Virus record (IMG/VR): IMGVR_UViG_3300049143_000042
Coordinates: 1-47,122 of that record
From: a virus
Lineage: Duplodnaviria; Caudoviricetes
Strand: one strand, 5' to 3'
Length of the DNA stretch: 47,122 nucleotides
A model generated the notes under the pieces. The model had not been told where the DNA came from, searched no databases, and worked only from the letters and a program-made list of their open reading frames with translations. This document shows positions 17,543-27,860 of this stretch, one piece after another (the stretch's first letter is position 1; each line of letters starts with the position of its first letter). Position numbers and translations under genes: made by a program.

Positions 17543-17749
17543 TCAGCTCAGGATGTGGTCGAGGTACCAGACTCCGAACCCGGTCCACGCGACGGCGAAG
17601 CAGACGGCGCCCGCCTTCGTGTGGACACGGAACCAGCGGCGCGTCGACTCGCTGAGCGTGTCGCCCTGCCGGGCGTTCCGCAGCGCATACGTCTCGAACG
17701 CCGCGCCCGCCAGGATCAGCCCGCCCCAGACCGCGTCGCCGGTGTTCAC
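17543..17749 (-). CDS. Small two-TM membrane protein in the lysis cassette
   Basis: VWGGLILAGAAFE...TLSE...AVCFAVAWTGFGVWYL. Confidence 0.7.
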   Translation of the reverse strand: MNTGDAVWGGLILAGAAFETYALRNARQGDTLSESTRRWFRVHTKAGAVCFAVAWTGFGVWYLDHILS

Positions 17750-18000
17750 CGGCCCGCCGCCTGCCACAGTGCCATCCCGAGCCCGGCCACACCGCACACC
17801 GCCGCGATCGACGGCAGCGGCCACCGGCCACGTTCCAGCGTGTCCAAGCGCTTCTCGTGGTCGTCGAGTGTCTTGTCGACCTGCCCGCCCCGCTGCACCA
17901 ACAGGGCGAGCTGCCCCCGCTGCTCAGTGAACCCCACCTCCACCGATCGTCGGATCTCTGCCAGTTCGAGCGCCACCGTGGTCTGCTCGGGAGGCGTCAC
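17746..18000 (-). CDS. Lysis-cassette membrane protein (coiled-coil plus C-terminal TM)
   Basis: DDHEKRLDTLERGRWPLPSIAAVCGVAGLGMALW. Confidence 0.7.
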   Translation of the reverse strand: MTPPEQTTVALELAEIRRSVEVGFTEQRGQLALLVQRGGQVDKTLDDHEKRLDTLERGRWPLPSIAAVCGVAGLGMALWQAAGR

Positions 18001-18236
18001 TCACGCACCGCCTCGGCCTGCCCCCCGTCGGTGCGCAGCCACGACGGGAGCAGCGCCTGCACGCTGGGCAGGGCCATCACCCGGGCGAAGCCGCCCGCGA
18101 CCGCGAGCGCCCCGGCCACGTAGGGCAGGGACTCCGGAACCCCGGACGCGGCCACGATCCCCGGCAGTGCCACCGCGGTACCCACGGCGGTCTGGAGGAT
18201 CGTCCTCGCGGTGGTCTTCGTCGAGTCCTTCGGCAT
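17997..18236 (-). CDS. Putative holin
   Basis: 79 aa with two hydrophobic segments, immediately downstream of the endolysin. Confidence 0.7.
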   Translation of the reverse strand: MPKDSTKTTARTILQTAVGTAVALPGIVAASGVPESLPYVAGALAVAGGFARVMALPSVQALLPSWLRTDGGQAEAVRE

Positions 18237-18238
18237 GG

Positions 18239-19246
18239 TCAGTTCCCTTCCTGGGTCACGAGGCGAACCTCGATCGATTCGATGGCCGTCTTCAGATCGG
18301 CCACGATCTGCGCCGGGTCCAGGTCGGACACCCCGGCCGCCAGCGTCGCCACGGTGGCGACGAGCTTGTCGATGGTCGCGGCTTGCGCCCGGACCGCGGC
18401 GTTCGCCTGCGCCGCGTCCGCGCCGGTCCACCACAGCAGATCCTTGAGTGTCTTGTACTGCGTGCCCTCGGTACGCGGGTCGTCGACCTTGTACTCCAGG
18501 ACCGCCTTGGCGACCTCGGCGGGTGTGGGCATGTCGTCCTCCTCAGTGGCAGGGGTGGTCTTGGCCTCGCCCTTGGCGAGCTGAATAACCCGGGCGAAGT
18601 CCATGGATCCCGGGTCGCCGTGGTCGTTCTCAGGAACGTGCTGGTGCCCGCACCAGCCGGTGAAGGAGCGCCAGGCAGCCGGCGACATCCGGACCGGGCT
18701 GGCGCCGTAGGACGCCGGCGTGACGCCCGGCCGACGAGAGTCCTTGCCGTAGGCGAGCCAGTCCTTCACGCAGGTGAGCGGGATGCCGTGGTTGACGTTG
18801 AGCCAACGGACCAGCCACGCGATCTCAGCCAGCGCCCAGTCGGGCGCCTCCGGCCAGTAGATGAAGTCGGCGTTCTGCTTGTAGCCGGACCGCACCCAGG
18901 CGTCGCGGGTCTTCGGGTCGCAGGTGCCGACGAGTTCGATCTGGAAGGCGTTCGCCGTGTTCGTCTCCACGCCGCCGAGCTTGTTGGCGAGGGCGCGCGC
19001 GGACTCGTCGACGTCGTAGTGCTGGTACCACCGGATCTTCTTCGCCTTGCAGTCGGGTAGCCCGGTGACCGTCGGCGCGAGCGCACCGCGTCGGCCCTGG
19101 CTGTCGGCGTAGCTGGGGACTGTGCGGCCTTCGGTGGTGTGGGCGACACCGCAGTTGACTTCCAAGCTGGAGCCGGAGAACACCCCGGTGCCGTAGAAGT
19201 AGGACTGCGAGGCGCCGGGGATCTTCTGTGGTCCAGTGCGTGCCAT
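18239..19246 (-). CDS. Endolysin, N-acetylmuramoyl-L-alanine amidase type
   Basis: HTTEG, QIELVG and GHQHVPENDHGDPG Zn-amidase motifs. Confidence 0.88.
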   Translation of the reverse strand: MARTGPQKIPGASQSYFYGTGVFSGSSLEVNCGVAHTTEGRTVPSYADSQGRRGALAPTVTGLPDCKAKKIRWYQHYDVDESARALANKLGGVETNTANAFQIELVGTCDPKTRDAWVRSGYKQNADFIYWPEAPDWALAEIAWLVRWLNVNHGIPLTCVKDWLAYGKDSRRPGVTPASYGASPVRMSPAAWRSFTGWCGHQHVPENDHGDPGSMDFARVIQLAKGEAKTTPATEEDDMPTPAEVAKAVLEYKVDDPRTEGTQYKTLKDLLWWTGADAAQANAAVRAQAATIDKLVATVATLAAGVSDLDPAQIVADLKTAIESIEVRLVTQEGN

Positions 19247-19257
19247 GCGGGCCCCTC

Positions 19258-19476
19258 CTACAGAGTGGTGTTCGTGGTCTCGGTGCGGACCAGCGCGGTC
19301 CGCACGAGCGGGTCCTCGCCCTGCAGCAGCTCGCGGAGCTTGGCCAGGAGCAGGTCCGTGGTCCAGCCTTCGAGCGGTCCGCCGGCGCCTTCCTCGATCC
19401 GCATCGTCATGACGATGCCGGTCTCCGCGGGGCCCTGCGCCTGCAGTCGGTAGTAGGGGGTGAGGAGTTCAGCCAT
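19258..19476 (-). CDS. Small tail-associated hypothetical protein (72 aa)
   Basis: AGGAGG RBS; between tail and lysis genes. Confidence 0.65.
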   Translation of the reverse strand: MAELLTPYYRLQAQGPAETGIVMTMRIEEGAGGPLEGWTTDLLLAKLRELLQGEDPLVRTALVRTETTNTTL

Positions 19477-19485
19477 GACAGCCTC

Positions 19486-20007
19486 CTAGGCCAGTCGTCG
19501 GACGTGCAGGGATGATCCGGCGCCGAGCCGGGTGAACGAGGCGCTTGAGGTGGCTTGGGCCCATTGGACTGCGAGGGTGCCTGCGCTGGATGTGGTGACG
19601 ACGGCCTCCTCGATTCCGGCGCAGAGCAGGGTGTTGTCGTCGCGGGTGCCGTAGGTGCAGGCCGTTGTGAAGTTGTGGACGCCGTAGCGGCCTTGGCCGC
19701 CCGAGCTGGTAATGGAGAGGACGGCGCCCTGGTCCGGGCCGATCACGGACCGGGTGCCGCTGGCCCCCGAGGGCACGGTCCAGACGGTCTTGAACCTGGC
19801 CGCGTTGAGGGCGGCGAAGTGGAGGTAAAAGATCACGTGATAGGTGGCGTTCGCGGCGAGCGTCGTCGTCAGGTCCGGATCGTCGACGAACGTGGTCGTC
19901 GCCGCGCGGTCGGTGTTGCTGGACTTCCAGGTGATGTCGGCCTGTAGCGAGGCGAGCAGGCTCGACGTGATGCGCTGCCCCGCGTACAGCGTGGGATAGG
20001 CGGACAT
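19486..20007 (-). CDS. Minor tail/fibre protein
   Basis: AGQRITSSLL N-terminus; Thr/Ser/Gly-rich beta-like sequence. Confidence 0.7.
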   Translation of the reverse strand: MSAYPTLYAGQRITSSLLASLQADITWKSSNTDRAATTTFVDDPDLTTTLAANATYHVIFYLHFAALNAARFKTVWTVPSGASGTRSVIGPDQGAVLSITSSGGQGRYGVHNFTTACTYGTRDDNTLLCAGIEEAVVTTSSAGTLAVQWAQATSSASFTRLGAGSSLHVRRLA

Positions 20008-20016
20008 GCGTGCCTC

Positions 20017-23000
20017 CTACAGGGCGTGAACGGTGGGGGTCGCGAGCGCCACCGCGGCGCCCGCACTCTGGGCTTTGACCGCGCCGTTCGCCGAGCGGGT
20101 CACGGTGTACGTCTGCGGGTTGACGACGTCGAGATCGTCGTAGCGGATCTCGGGGTTGACGTTCGTGTTCGTGCTGGCGGAGATCGACCGGACGCCGATG
20201 TAGGACGACGTCGTGATCGACGAGTCGGTGGCGGTGACGTGCCAGACGCCCGGCTCGGGGCCCGCCGCCGGGTAGGCCTTCGCGCGGAGCGTCGTGCTCG
20301 ACGCCTGGAACCGGACCCGCACCCACGTGCCGGCCGTGTACGGACGCTCGATCGTGGTGGTGGCGAGAACGGTCTCGGCCCCGGCCAAGATCTTGATGAT
20401 GGCCAAGGTGAGGGTGTTCGTCGTGGAGAACGCCAGCCTGGCCTGGTACAAGTTCGTCGAGTCGATGTACCGGCCGGTGGGCCCGCCAAACAGGGAGCCG
20501 CCGGTCGCAGTCGCGCTGGTCGTGACGCTGACGTAGGTGTCGAAGTCCGTGTACGGGAAGTCGATGAAGGACCGGCGCGAGGCGTTCGCGGTGGCCAGCC
20601 GGTGGGCACCGTAGCCGCCCGTGGTGGAGAAGTCGGCCGTCGTGCCGCCGCCGGTCTGCCACGGCTGCCCGGTGTCGGTGAGGCCCCAGCCACCCGACAC
20701 CGTCTGCCCGAACGAGTCTGCGAGGACAGAGCTGGTCACCCGCGTGATCCGCGCCGCCCACACGTAGAACCGGTCCGAAGCCGACGGCGTCCCCCCGTAC
20801 CGTGCGCGGACCCGGGCCCGGCCCGCCGTCGCCGGGGCCGTGACGGTCTCCTCCATGTACGTCCACACGCTGGCCGGCGCGGCCTGCGCCGCCGTCGCGC
20901 CCGACGAGATGAAGACGCCCGCGTTGGTGTACCAGTGGACGCCGGGCCGCAGGTCCGATGAGCCGTTCACGGAGAACACCCACATGCTGACCTTGTATCG
21001 GGCGCCTGGGGTGATGCTGTCGACGCCGGTCATCGCGCCGACCGCGCCGCCGACCGCGGACACTCCGTCCGGTGTGATCAGCATCGAGCCGAGCGCCCGC
21101 GGGTGCGGGTGCACGTAGGTCTGAGACCAGGTCACGGACGAGTTTTCCGTGGTCCAGCCGGTGACGTCCCGGTCGACGAACGAGTTGGCGGTGACGAGGC
21201 CGCCGGGAGCGGTGACGGTCATGACCTCGCCAGCCACCCGCCAGTCGAACGGCGTGTCCGCCACGTTCGGGGTCCACAGCGGGCCGCTGGTGGTGTACAC
21301 GTCCACGTCGGTCTCGGTCGTCGTCAGAGCCTCAGCGAGCTGGGAGCCTGCCGTGTCCTGCCACTGGAACTCCCGGGCCGCGGTCGCCGCCACGGCGTTG
21401 CCGGACCAGGCCACATCCCACGGGCCGGCGGGCGTGCAGTTGAAGCTGATCGTCCATTCGAACTGATCGAGATCCTCGCTGTAGCCCTGCACCATCAGGT
21501 CGATCGTGTCCGGCGGCAGCCAGCTCGGGGGGTTGGTGATCTGGATGCGGTCGCCGATGTCCACGGCCGCGGCGGTGGCGACCTTGCTGGGGGCGGCGGC
21601 GAGCATCATGCGGACGACGGGGTAGCGGGTCTCGTCGACGGTGCCGAGGTGGAGGAGCCATCCGGCCTGGTCGCTGGTCTGCGCGTCCGAGAACAAGTTC
21701 AGCGACGTGGAGTCGTCGTAGGTGCCGACGCCGTTCGGCGGGGCCTGCGTGGACAGGGGTCCGGAGTCGAGGGTGCGGCGCGTGCTGGAGCCGTCGCGCC
21801 GCTGGACCGTGCGGTCGTTGCGGACGGACTGGTCGTCGTCGGTCGGCTCCAGCGGCGTGACCAGTCCGTCACTGCCCCGGTAGTTCAGGACCATGGCCGG
21901 GGCCTGGTTGTACAGGCTGACGTGGTCCCGGAACCGGAACACGGGGTACGCCTCGCGAGATTCGAAGAGGATGCCCTGGTCGACGGCCTCGCACTCCCGC
22001 ATGAGGTCCAGCAGCGTCGCCTGCCCCTGCACGCCCATCCGCTCCTCGGACACGGACGCCGGGTAGCAGTACGACTTCTCCTCCGCGCCGAGCCGCCACA
22101 GTCGGGCCGTGGTGGTCTCGCCGTTCCAGCCGACCATCGCGCCGGCCGTGCCCGCATACGCGGTCGTCGCGGACGCCACGACCAGATGCCCGATAGCCGT
22201 GCCGTTCAGCAAGCCGTCCTGCCCGATCTCCATCTCCGTCGCCGCGCCGAACGTCTGACCCGCGACCGTGCCCGACGTCGACGAGGCGAACACGGAGGTC
22301 TCCGTCATCGTGAATGCCGTCAGCGTCCAGTTGACGTTGGCGCCGTTCTGCACCAGCTCCAGCTGGAGCATCCGCTGCTCGCCGTTGATCCCGAACGTCA
22401 TGAACCCTGTGGCCAGAATCTGGATGCCGTCTGCGTCGTGGACGCGGAGCTCCAAGTTGCCGGACCCGTCGATGAACACCCGCCACGTCCTCGCCGAGCC
22501 CGTCGCCGTAAACCCGAACAGCTCGTCCGTGCCGGACACGCCGCCCGCCGGGACCTGCACGAACAGCCGGACAGACACCGCGCCCGACGCCGTGTACGCG
22601 GGCACCCTGGCCCGCATGGCCCCCCACGTCACCGTCGGCAGCGGAGCCGACGCCGCCCACCCCGAGAACGCGGCCGGCTGTACCCCGCCCGCCGTGGACA
22701 GGGTGAGAGGCGGCTGCCCGTCGAGGGCGGACGCGAACCTGGTGGCTGCCTCGTCGTCTTCCATGGGCCAGTAGGCGACGATCGCCGTGCGTGCCGGGTT
22801 GGTGAACTCCCTGTACATCGGGGAGCGGACGGGGCTGACACCCTGCGACATGCGCCGCGTGATGCCGCTGGCCTCCACCTGCACGACGACGTCCTGCTTC
22901 GTCTGCCAGCGGACCGGCCAGGAGGTGACCTCGCCGACGAACCTCGTCTGACGGTTGGTGATGGCCGTGTTGCCGTTGAGCGTCCACGTGCGGCCCGCGG

Positions 23001-23859
23001 AGTCGGCGAACGACGTCGTGCCGACGGTCTGTTGGTTGAAGCGCGGCTGCGCCACCACGGTGCCCCAGGCGCCCGAGCGGATCTCGGCGGCGTGCGCGCG
23101 GCCCAGCGGCATGGAGAACCCGATCGGCGTGGCGTTGCCCAGCCTGAGTCCGGCCGTGGAGTTGAAGATGCTGGTGACGCCGCTGCCCGACACTGGGTCG
23201 CCGAGTTGAGTCCACGGCGCGTCGAGATTGGCGGCCGTGTAGAACCGCACGGTCCAGCCGCCGCTGCCGTTGTCGACGTCGAGCCAGGCCCGGATCGCGA
23301 GGCGCCCGGAGCCGGGGATGACGGGCGGGATTGTCGAGGAGGCGCCGATGGTGTTGGTGCCGTCGGCCGACCACTCGAAGTAGAGCCGTCCGCCCCGGGC
23401 CCCGATGAACCAGGAGCGTTGCCCGGCCTGGCCGAACTTGCCCATCATCTCCGTGGTGGCCGGGCTGTCGGTGGCCGGCGGCAGCCAGTTCGCAAGCGTC
23501 AGATCCGCCCGGACGTCGATGTCACCCGTGATGTCGAGGGCCGCCGTGTCGGGGGTTTCGGCGTAGTCGAGGGTGCTGATGCTGGGCAGGTCGAGGTACG
23601 CCTCCCCCGCCATGACCGATACCCGGCAGGGCGTGTTCCGTCCGATCTGCCCGAAGTACGGGCCGGTCGGGTTCTTCGGCGTGTACCGGCCGTCCGAGTT
23701 GTCCAGGGTGAACAGGCAGCGGGCCGTGTCCGTCTGGGAGCCCTCGTCCCGCCGCCCGCGCGTGATACGGATCCGGTCCTGGTAGCGGACGTCCGACGAG
23801 ACGTCCGTCCACGTCGTGCCGTTGAACCCGAGCTCTACCTTGATCGGGAACGTTGCCAT
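20017..23859 (-). CDS. Large minor tail/baseplate protein with LamG- and CBM-like beta domains (1280 aa)
   Basis: Follows the tape measure; WTDVS.DVR...ITRGR..E, AYWPMED; beta-rich inserts. Confidence 0.82.
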   Translation of the reverse strand: MATFPIKVELGFNGTTWTDVSSDVRYQDRIRITRGRRDEGSQTDTARCLFTLDNSDGRYTPKNPTGPYFGQIGRNTPCRVSVMAGEAYLDLPSISTLDYAETPDTAALDITGDIDVRADLTLANWLPPATDSPATTEMMGKFGQAGQRSWFIGARGGRLYFEWSADGTNTIGASSTIPPVIPGSGRLAIRAWLDVDNGSGGWTVRFYTAANLDAPWTQLGDPVSGSGVTSIFNSTAGLRLGNATPIGFSMPLGRAHAAEIRSGAWGTVVAQPRFNQQTVGTTSFADSAGRTWTLNGNTAITNRQTRFVGEVTSWPVRWQTKQDVVVQVEASGITRRMSQGVSPVRSPMYREFTNPARTAIVAYWPMEDDEAATRFASALDGQPPLTLSTAGGVQPAAFSGWAASAPLPTVTWGAMRARVPAYTASGAVSVRLFVQVPAGGVSGTDELFGFTATGSARTWRVFIDGSGNLELRVHDADGIQILATGFMTFGINGEQRMLQLELVQNGANVNWTLTAFTMTETSVFASSTSGTVAGQTFGAATEMEIGQDGLLNGTAIGHLVVASATTAYAGTAGAMVGWNGETTTARLWRLGAEEKSYCYPASVSEERMGVQGQATLLDLMRECEAVDQGILFESREAYPVFRFRDHVSLYNQAPAMVLNYRGSDGLVTPLEPTDDDQSVRNDRTVQRRDGSSTRRTLDSGPLSTQAPPNGVGTYDDSTSLNLFSDAQTSDQAGWLLHLGTVDETRYPVVRMMLAAAPSKVATAAAVDIGDRIQITNPPSWLPPDTIDLMVQGYSEDLDQFEWTISFNCTPAGPWDVAWSGNAVAATAAREFQWQDTAGSQLAEALTTTETDVDVYTTSGPLWTPNVADTPFDWRVAGEVMTVTAPGGLVTANSFVDRDVTGWTTENSSVTWSQTYVHPHPRALGSMLITPDGVSAVGGAVGAMTGVDSITPGARYKVSMWVFSVNGSSDLRPGVHWYTNAGVFISSGATAAQAAPASVWTYMEETVTAPATAGRARVRARYGGTPSASDRFYVWAARITRVTSSVLADSFGQTVSGGWGLTDTGQPWQTGGGTTADFSTTGGYGAHRLATANASRRSFIDFPYTDFDTYVSVTTSATATGGSLFGGPTGRYIDSTNLYQARLAFSTTNTLTLAIIKILAGAETVLATTTIERPYTAGTWVRVRFQASSTTLRAKAYPAAGPEPGVWHVTATDSSITTSSYIGVRSISASTNTNVNPEIRYDDLDVVNPQTYTVTRSANGAVKAQSAGAAVALATPTVHAL

Positions 23860-23862
23860 GTC

Positions 23863-26800
23863 TCAGTCCACCGTCCCGAAAGTCGCCTTCAATCCACCCA
23901 GACCGCGCACTTCACGGCGTGCAGTGTCCACCCACAACTGGCCGAACTCCCTGCCACCGATCGCCACGTTGAGCACCATCGGCTGACTGCTCACCGGCGC
24001 ACTCGCCGTCGGCCGGTACTGCCGGCCCCCGCCCTGCGGCCGGTTCAGCATCGACGCCCAGTGATCCCGGACCATCCGACGGGAGTCCGGTGCCGACCAC
24101 ACCCGCGCACCCGCGGGAAGGTCCAGCAGCTCGGGCCCGTGCTCGCCCACCCACGTCAGGTCCGAGCGGATCCCGCCCGACGCGGCGCCGATGATCCCGC
24201 CCGACGCCTTGTAGCCGTAGCCCTTCTCGATGGCCTTCTCCATCGCAGCCGCGAGCTTGTCCATCGACCCGGACAGCTTCGACGTGGTGTTCTGCCACGC
24301 CTTCACCAGCGCCTCCTGCCCCTTGATCTGCGAGGCGTACACCGCATCCGCCGTCGTCTTCCCGGCCGCCGCAGCAGCGCCGACGACCTGCGACTGCAGA
24401 CCGTTCAGCGACTTGATCTCCGAGCCCGACGCGTTCAGCAGCGCGCCCGCCGTCTCCAGCCCACCGCCGTCGATGCCGGCCTGACCGATCTGCTCGATGA
24501 GCGCCCCGGACAAGCCCTTCTTTTTCAGGTCCGCGAGGGCCTTCGAGAAGGCGGTGGCCTTGTCCCTTGACGCGGTGAGGCCGCCCATGATGGACGCCAC
24601 GGTGACGGGGCCGTCGCTGCGGTTTTTCGTGATGTTCGCCGAGCTGAGGACGCCGTTCTTGATGCTCTCGCTGAGCTGCGAGGATGCCTGCCGCAGGTCG
24701 TCGAGCCTGTCCTTCGACTTCTCCAGCGACGCGTTCGCCTTGCCGAGCTGCTGCTGGTAGGTGAACAGCTTCTTGCCGGTGGCGTCGAGCTGGCGCAGCA
24801 GGTTGGACTCGGTCTTGCCGTGCGTCGCCTTCTGGATGCTGGACCGCCACTCGTTCAGCGTCCCCACCAGCGCCGACACTGACTGGGGCTTGCCGAGTTC
24901 GTTGCGGATCTCCGAGTTCCGCCAGCCCGACATGTACCCGAAGTGCGACAGGGTGAGATCGCCGAGCGCCGCCCGCCGGGCCTCCCTCTCCGACTTGGAG
25001 ACTGACCCGCCCTTGGCGTACCGGCCGAGCTTGTCCTTGTTGATGGCCTCCAGCAGCGGCAGATACTTCTTCGTCGACTTGGCGTTGACCACGAACTCGG
25101 TGTCCGACACGGCACCGACGGCGCCGCTCGCGAACAGGGCGAGGATGGAGTCGCTGGTGCCGGTACCGGGCCCGCTGAGCAGCCCGTTCGGCGCCATCTG
25201 CACGTCGCCACCCTCCGCGTACCCCCGGACTTTGCCGCCCAGTGCGTAGTCGCGGTGCGCCGGGGCGACCTTGTTGGGCGTGCCCTGGGTGGTGAAGACG
25301 GTCTGCCGGACGGTGGTGACGGTGGTGCGAGCGGTCTTGCCGTCGATCGCGTTCAACGCCGCGTTGACGGCGCCGATGTTGCCGAGAGCCGACCCATTCG
25401 CCGTGTACACGGCGGTCCGGCCGTCGGGCAGCCGCTTCGTCTTCAGCCCCACTGCTTCCAGGGCTGCGATGGCCGCGCCGTTCAGTGTGGAGACGTGCAC
25501 CTGGTGCGCGTTCGGGGTCGCGTCGATCGCGGCCTGGACCTCGCCCAGACCGCGGATGGCCTCTTCGCGCTCCAGCTTGACCATGGTCTTGATCTCGCCG
25601 GGAGCGCCCAGCAGCGTGTTGACGTACTCGGTGGCCTTCTGCCGGTTCCCGTCGAACGCGTCGACGGCCAGCTTCATCATCGACTCACGGAGCTGGTCGC
25701 TCTTCTGCTGCATCGACCCGAGGGACTCGCCGGCCGCCAGCCCGGCCGCCAGCATCTCGTCCTGGGCTTTCGCCGCCTGCGACATGGCCTGACCGTTGGC
25801 GCGGCCGGCCTCCGTGTTCAAGTCCAGCGTGGCGCCGTTCTTCGCGAACGCCTCGCTGAGGCCGTCGAGGGCTGCTTCGAATCCGATCTGCGCGTCGTAG
25901 GCCGATCTGTTGGCGTCGTTCAGGGCGAGGATGCTCTGCCTCAGCCCATCGGCCGCCTGCTGCTGCGCGGAGAGCTTGGCCTGCGTGTCCATCGCGGCCT
26001 GACCGAAGACGCCCATGCTGTCGGCCGTGGCATCCTGCTCGAACGCCAGGTCGGCGAGCGCGGAGTCGTAGCCCTCCAGCCCCTCGCGGAACTTCTTCGC
26101 GTTCTCCGGGTCCAGTCCCGCCAGCACCTGCTTGAGGGCGGCGCCGGCGAGTTCGGCGTTCCCGTTCCTGACCAGGTTGGTTAGGGCCTCGTCGGTCGCG
26201 TCGACCTTCTTCGTGAAATCCTCGGTCGCGTCACCGCCGTCGAGGATTCCGTTACTCCACTTGGCGCCCCAGTTGTTGACGGACTCCACCACGGAGGGGT
26301 CGACGACCTTGCCGATCACGTCGTTCAGCTTGGAGAAGTCCTCGCCGAACGCCTTCGCGAGCTCGCCGGTGGCCTTCCCGGTACGCCCGAGCTGGCCGAG
26401 ACTGGTCGTCAGGCGGTCGACGTTGGGCGGGGCCTCTTCCCCGAGCGACGACAGCTTGTCGATCGCGACCGCCGCGAGCCCGATACCAGCGACGATCACG
26501 CTGGCCTTCGCCACCTTCGACAGCGAACCGAACGCCGCCGCCAGACCAGCCATGCCGCCGCCCGCCGCCGCGGATGTGGCACTCAGGGCCAGGATCGCCG
26601 TCCTGATCTTGGTGATCCCGCCCGCCGCAGCCGCGGCCCCCGCGCCGGCCAGGGTGACCAGCTTCAGGCCGACGGCGGTCTGCATCAGCACGGTGACCAG
26701 CTCGGGCGGCAGGGCCGTCACCAGCTTCGCTGCCGCGTTGACCAGCGTCAGCATCCCCGGCCCGGCGTCCGCCGCAGCCTCAACCAGAGTGGACACCGCG

Positions 26801-27627
26801 TCGCCGACGCTGGACAGCGTCTCCTTCAGCGCTGGCCCGTTCCGCTCGGCGTACTCCATGAACGAGGCGAGGGCCCCGTCCCCGCCGCCACCCTCCGAGA
26901 GGACCCGGGCGAAGTGGATGACGCCGTCCACGGCCTCCTGCAGCGACTCGTTCGCGAAGCGGGAGAACTTGTCCGCCAGCGCGTCGAACCCCGGAGACAT
27001 GACCATGCCGCCGGCCACGTCGACCAGCCGCTCCAACTGCGTGGATGACCCCTGCACCATCGGCGTCAGCTTCGGGATCATCTGCCCGAGGACAACGAAC
27101 GACTTCTCGACCGGCGCCATGGTGAACTTCGCAGTCGAGTCCGACCAGTCCTGCCACGTGCCCTTCAGCGTCTGCAGCTGCACCGCGGCGCGGGCGGTCG
27201 CCTCGGGCATGGAGGACATCGTGGCCGCGAGGTTCCGCTGCGCCTCGGCGGCCTGCTTCGATCCGCTGCCGTACTTGCCGACGGCGGCCGTGTACGCCTC
27301 CTGCGCCTTCGCCGCTTCGTCGAGGTGCGCTTTCTGCCCGGCCACCGCCGCACCGAACGCAGCCACCGCCACGCTGGCGGCGCCGGCCTTCAGCGCGACC
27401 GGCGCGAGCGCCGCCGCGAGGGGGACGGCTGCAGCGGCGAGGGGGATGATCGACCCTCGGACGCCGCCGATCGCTCCGGAGAGCCGGTTCATGGACGAGG
27501 TCATGATGGCGCCCTCGGACACAAACCGGCCGCGCATGTCCCTGAGCCTGCCGTCGACGTCGCGGAACGCGCGGACCGCGTCACCCGAGTCGGCCCGGAT
27601 GATGATCGTTACGTCGTCTCCGGCCAT
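23863..27627 (-). CDS. Tape measure protein (1254 aa)
   Basis: Long Ala/Gly-rich helical ORF after the tail chaperones; GPGTGTSDSI and WVGEHGPEL motifs. Confidence 0.92.
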   Translation of the reverse strand: MAGDDVTIIIRADSGDAVRAFRDVDGRLRDMRGRFVSEGAIMTSSMNRLSGAIGGVRGSIIPLAAAAVPLAAALAPVALKAGAASVAVAAFGAAVAGQKAHLDEAAKAQEAYTAAVGKYGSGSKQAAEAQRNLAATMSSMPEATARAAVQLQTLKGTWQDWSDSTAKFTMAPVEKSFVVLGQMIPKLTPMVQGSSTQLERLVDVAGGMVMSPGFDALADKFSRFANESLQEAVDGVIHFARVLSEGGGGDGALASFMEYAERNGPALKETLSSVGDAVSTLVEAAADAGPGMLTLVNAAAKLVTALPPELVTVLMQTAVGLKLVTLAGAGAAAAAGGITKIRTAILALSATSAAAGGGMAGLAAAFGSLSKVAKASVIVAGIGLAAVAIDKLSSLGEEAPPNVDRLTTSLGQLGRTGKATGELAKAFGEDFSKLNDVIGKVVDPSVVESVNNWGAKWSNGILDGGDATEDFTKKVDATDEALTNLVRNGNAELAGAALKQVLAGLDPENAKKFREGLEGYDSALADLAFEQDATADSMGVFGQAAMDTQAKLSAQQQAADGLRQSILALNDANRSAYDAQIGFEAALDGLSEAFAKNGATLDLNTEAGRANGQAMSQAAKAQDEMLAAGLAAGESLGSMQQKSDQLRESMMKLAVDAFDGNRQKATEYVNTLLGAPGEIKTMVKLEREEAIRGLGEVQAAIDATPNAHQVHVSTLNGAAIAALEAVGLKTKRLPDGRTAVYTANGSALGNIGAVNAALNAIDGKTARTTVTTVRQTVFTTQGTPNKVAPAHRDYALGGKVRGYAEGGDVQMAPNGLLSGPGTGTSDSILALFASGAVGAVSDTEFVVNAKSTKKYLPLLEAINKDKLGRYAKGGSVSKSEREARRAALGDLTLSHFGYMSGWRNSEIRNELGKPQSVSALVGTLNEWRSSIQKATHGKTESNLLRQLDATGKKLFTYQQQLGKANASLEKSKDRLDDLRQASSQLSESIKNGVLSSANITKNRSDGPVTVASIMGGLTASRDKATAFSKALADLKKKGLSGALIEQIGQAGIDGGGLETAGALLNASGSEIKSLNGLQSQVVGAAAAAGKTTADAVYASQIKGQEALVKAWQNTTSKLSGSMDKLAAAMEKAIEKGYGYKASGGIIGAASGGIRSDLTWVGEHGPELLDLPAGARVWSAPDSRRMVRDHWASMLNRPQGGGRQYRPTASAPVSSQPMVLNVAIGGREFGQLWVDTARREVRGLGGLKATFGTVD

Positions 27628-27860
27628 GCGTCGTCACCTCCTTCGTCGGGGTCGGGCGTGCCGAGGGCTTCGATGTGGAGCAGGCGCAGGAGACGCACGT
27701 CTTCCTGCAGCAGGGCGGAGAGGGTGTAGCCCGGAAACTTCCGAAGGATCCGGAGGAGCCACCGGGCTTCGATCAACTCGCCTGGCTCTCCGACAGTGGT
27801 GCCATCGGAATTGCGGGCGCCGGGGAGGGTCCGCCAGAGGTGGAGCTCTCGGGCAAAGGG
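27609..27860 (-). CDS. Tail assembly chaperone -1 frameshift extension (gpGT-like)
   Basis: Slippery C CCT TTG at 27860-27854; the -1 frame is open PFARELHLW...LRKFPGYTLSALLQEDVRLLRLL to TAA 27609. Confidence 0.7.
   Translation of the reverse strand, partial: PFARELHLWRTLPGARNSDGTTVGEPGELIEARWLLRILRKFPGYTLSALLQEDVRLLRLLHIEALGTPDPDEGGDDAWPETT

Noticed and set aside
21103-24570. Long plus-strand ORFs (e.g. 1155, 710 and 620 aa) opposite structural and MTase genes
   Set aside because: Antisense shadows typical of high-GC DNA, with no recognisable motifs.
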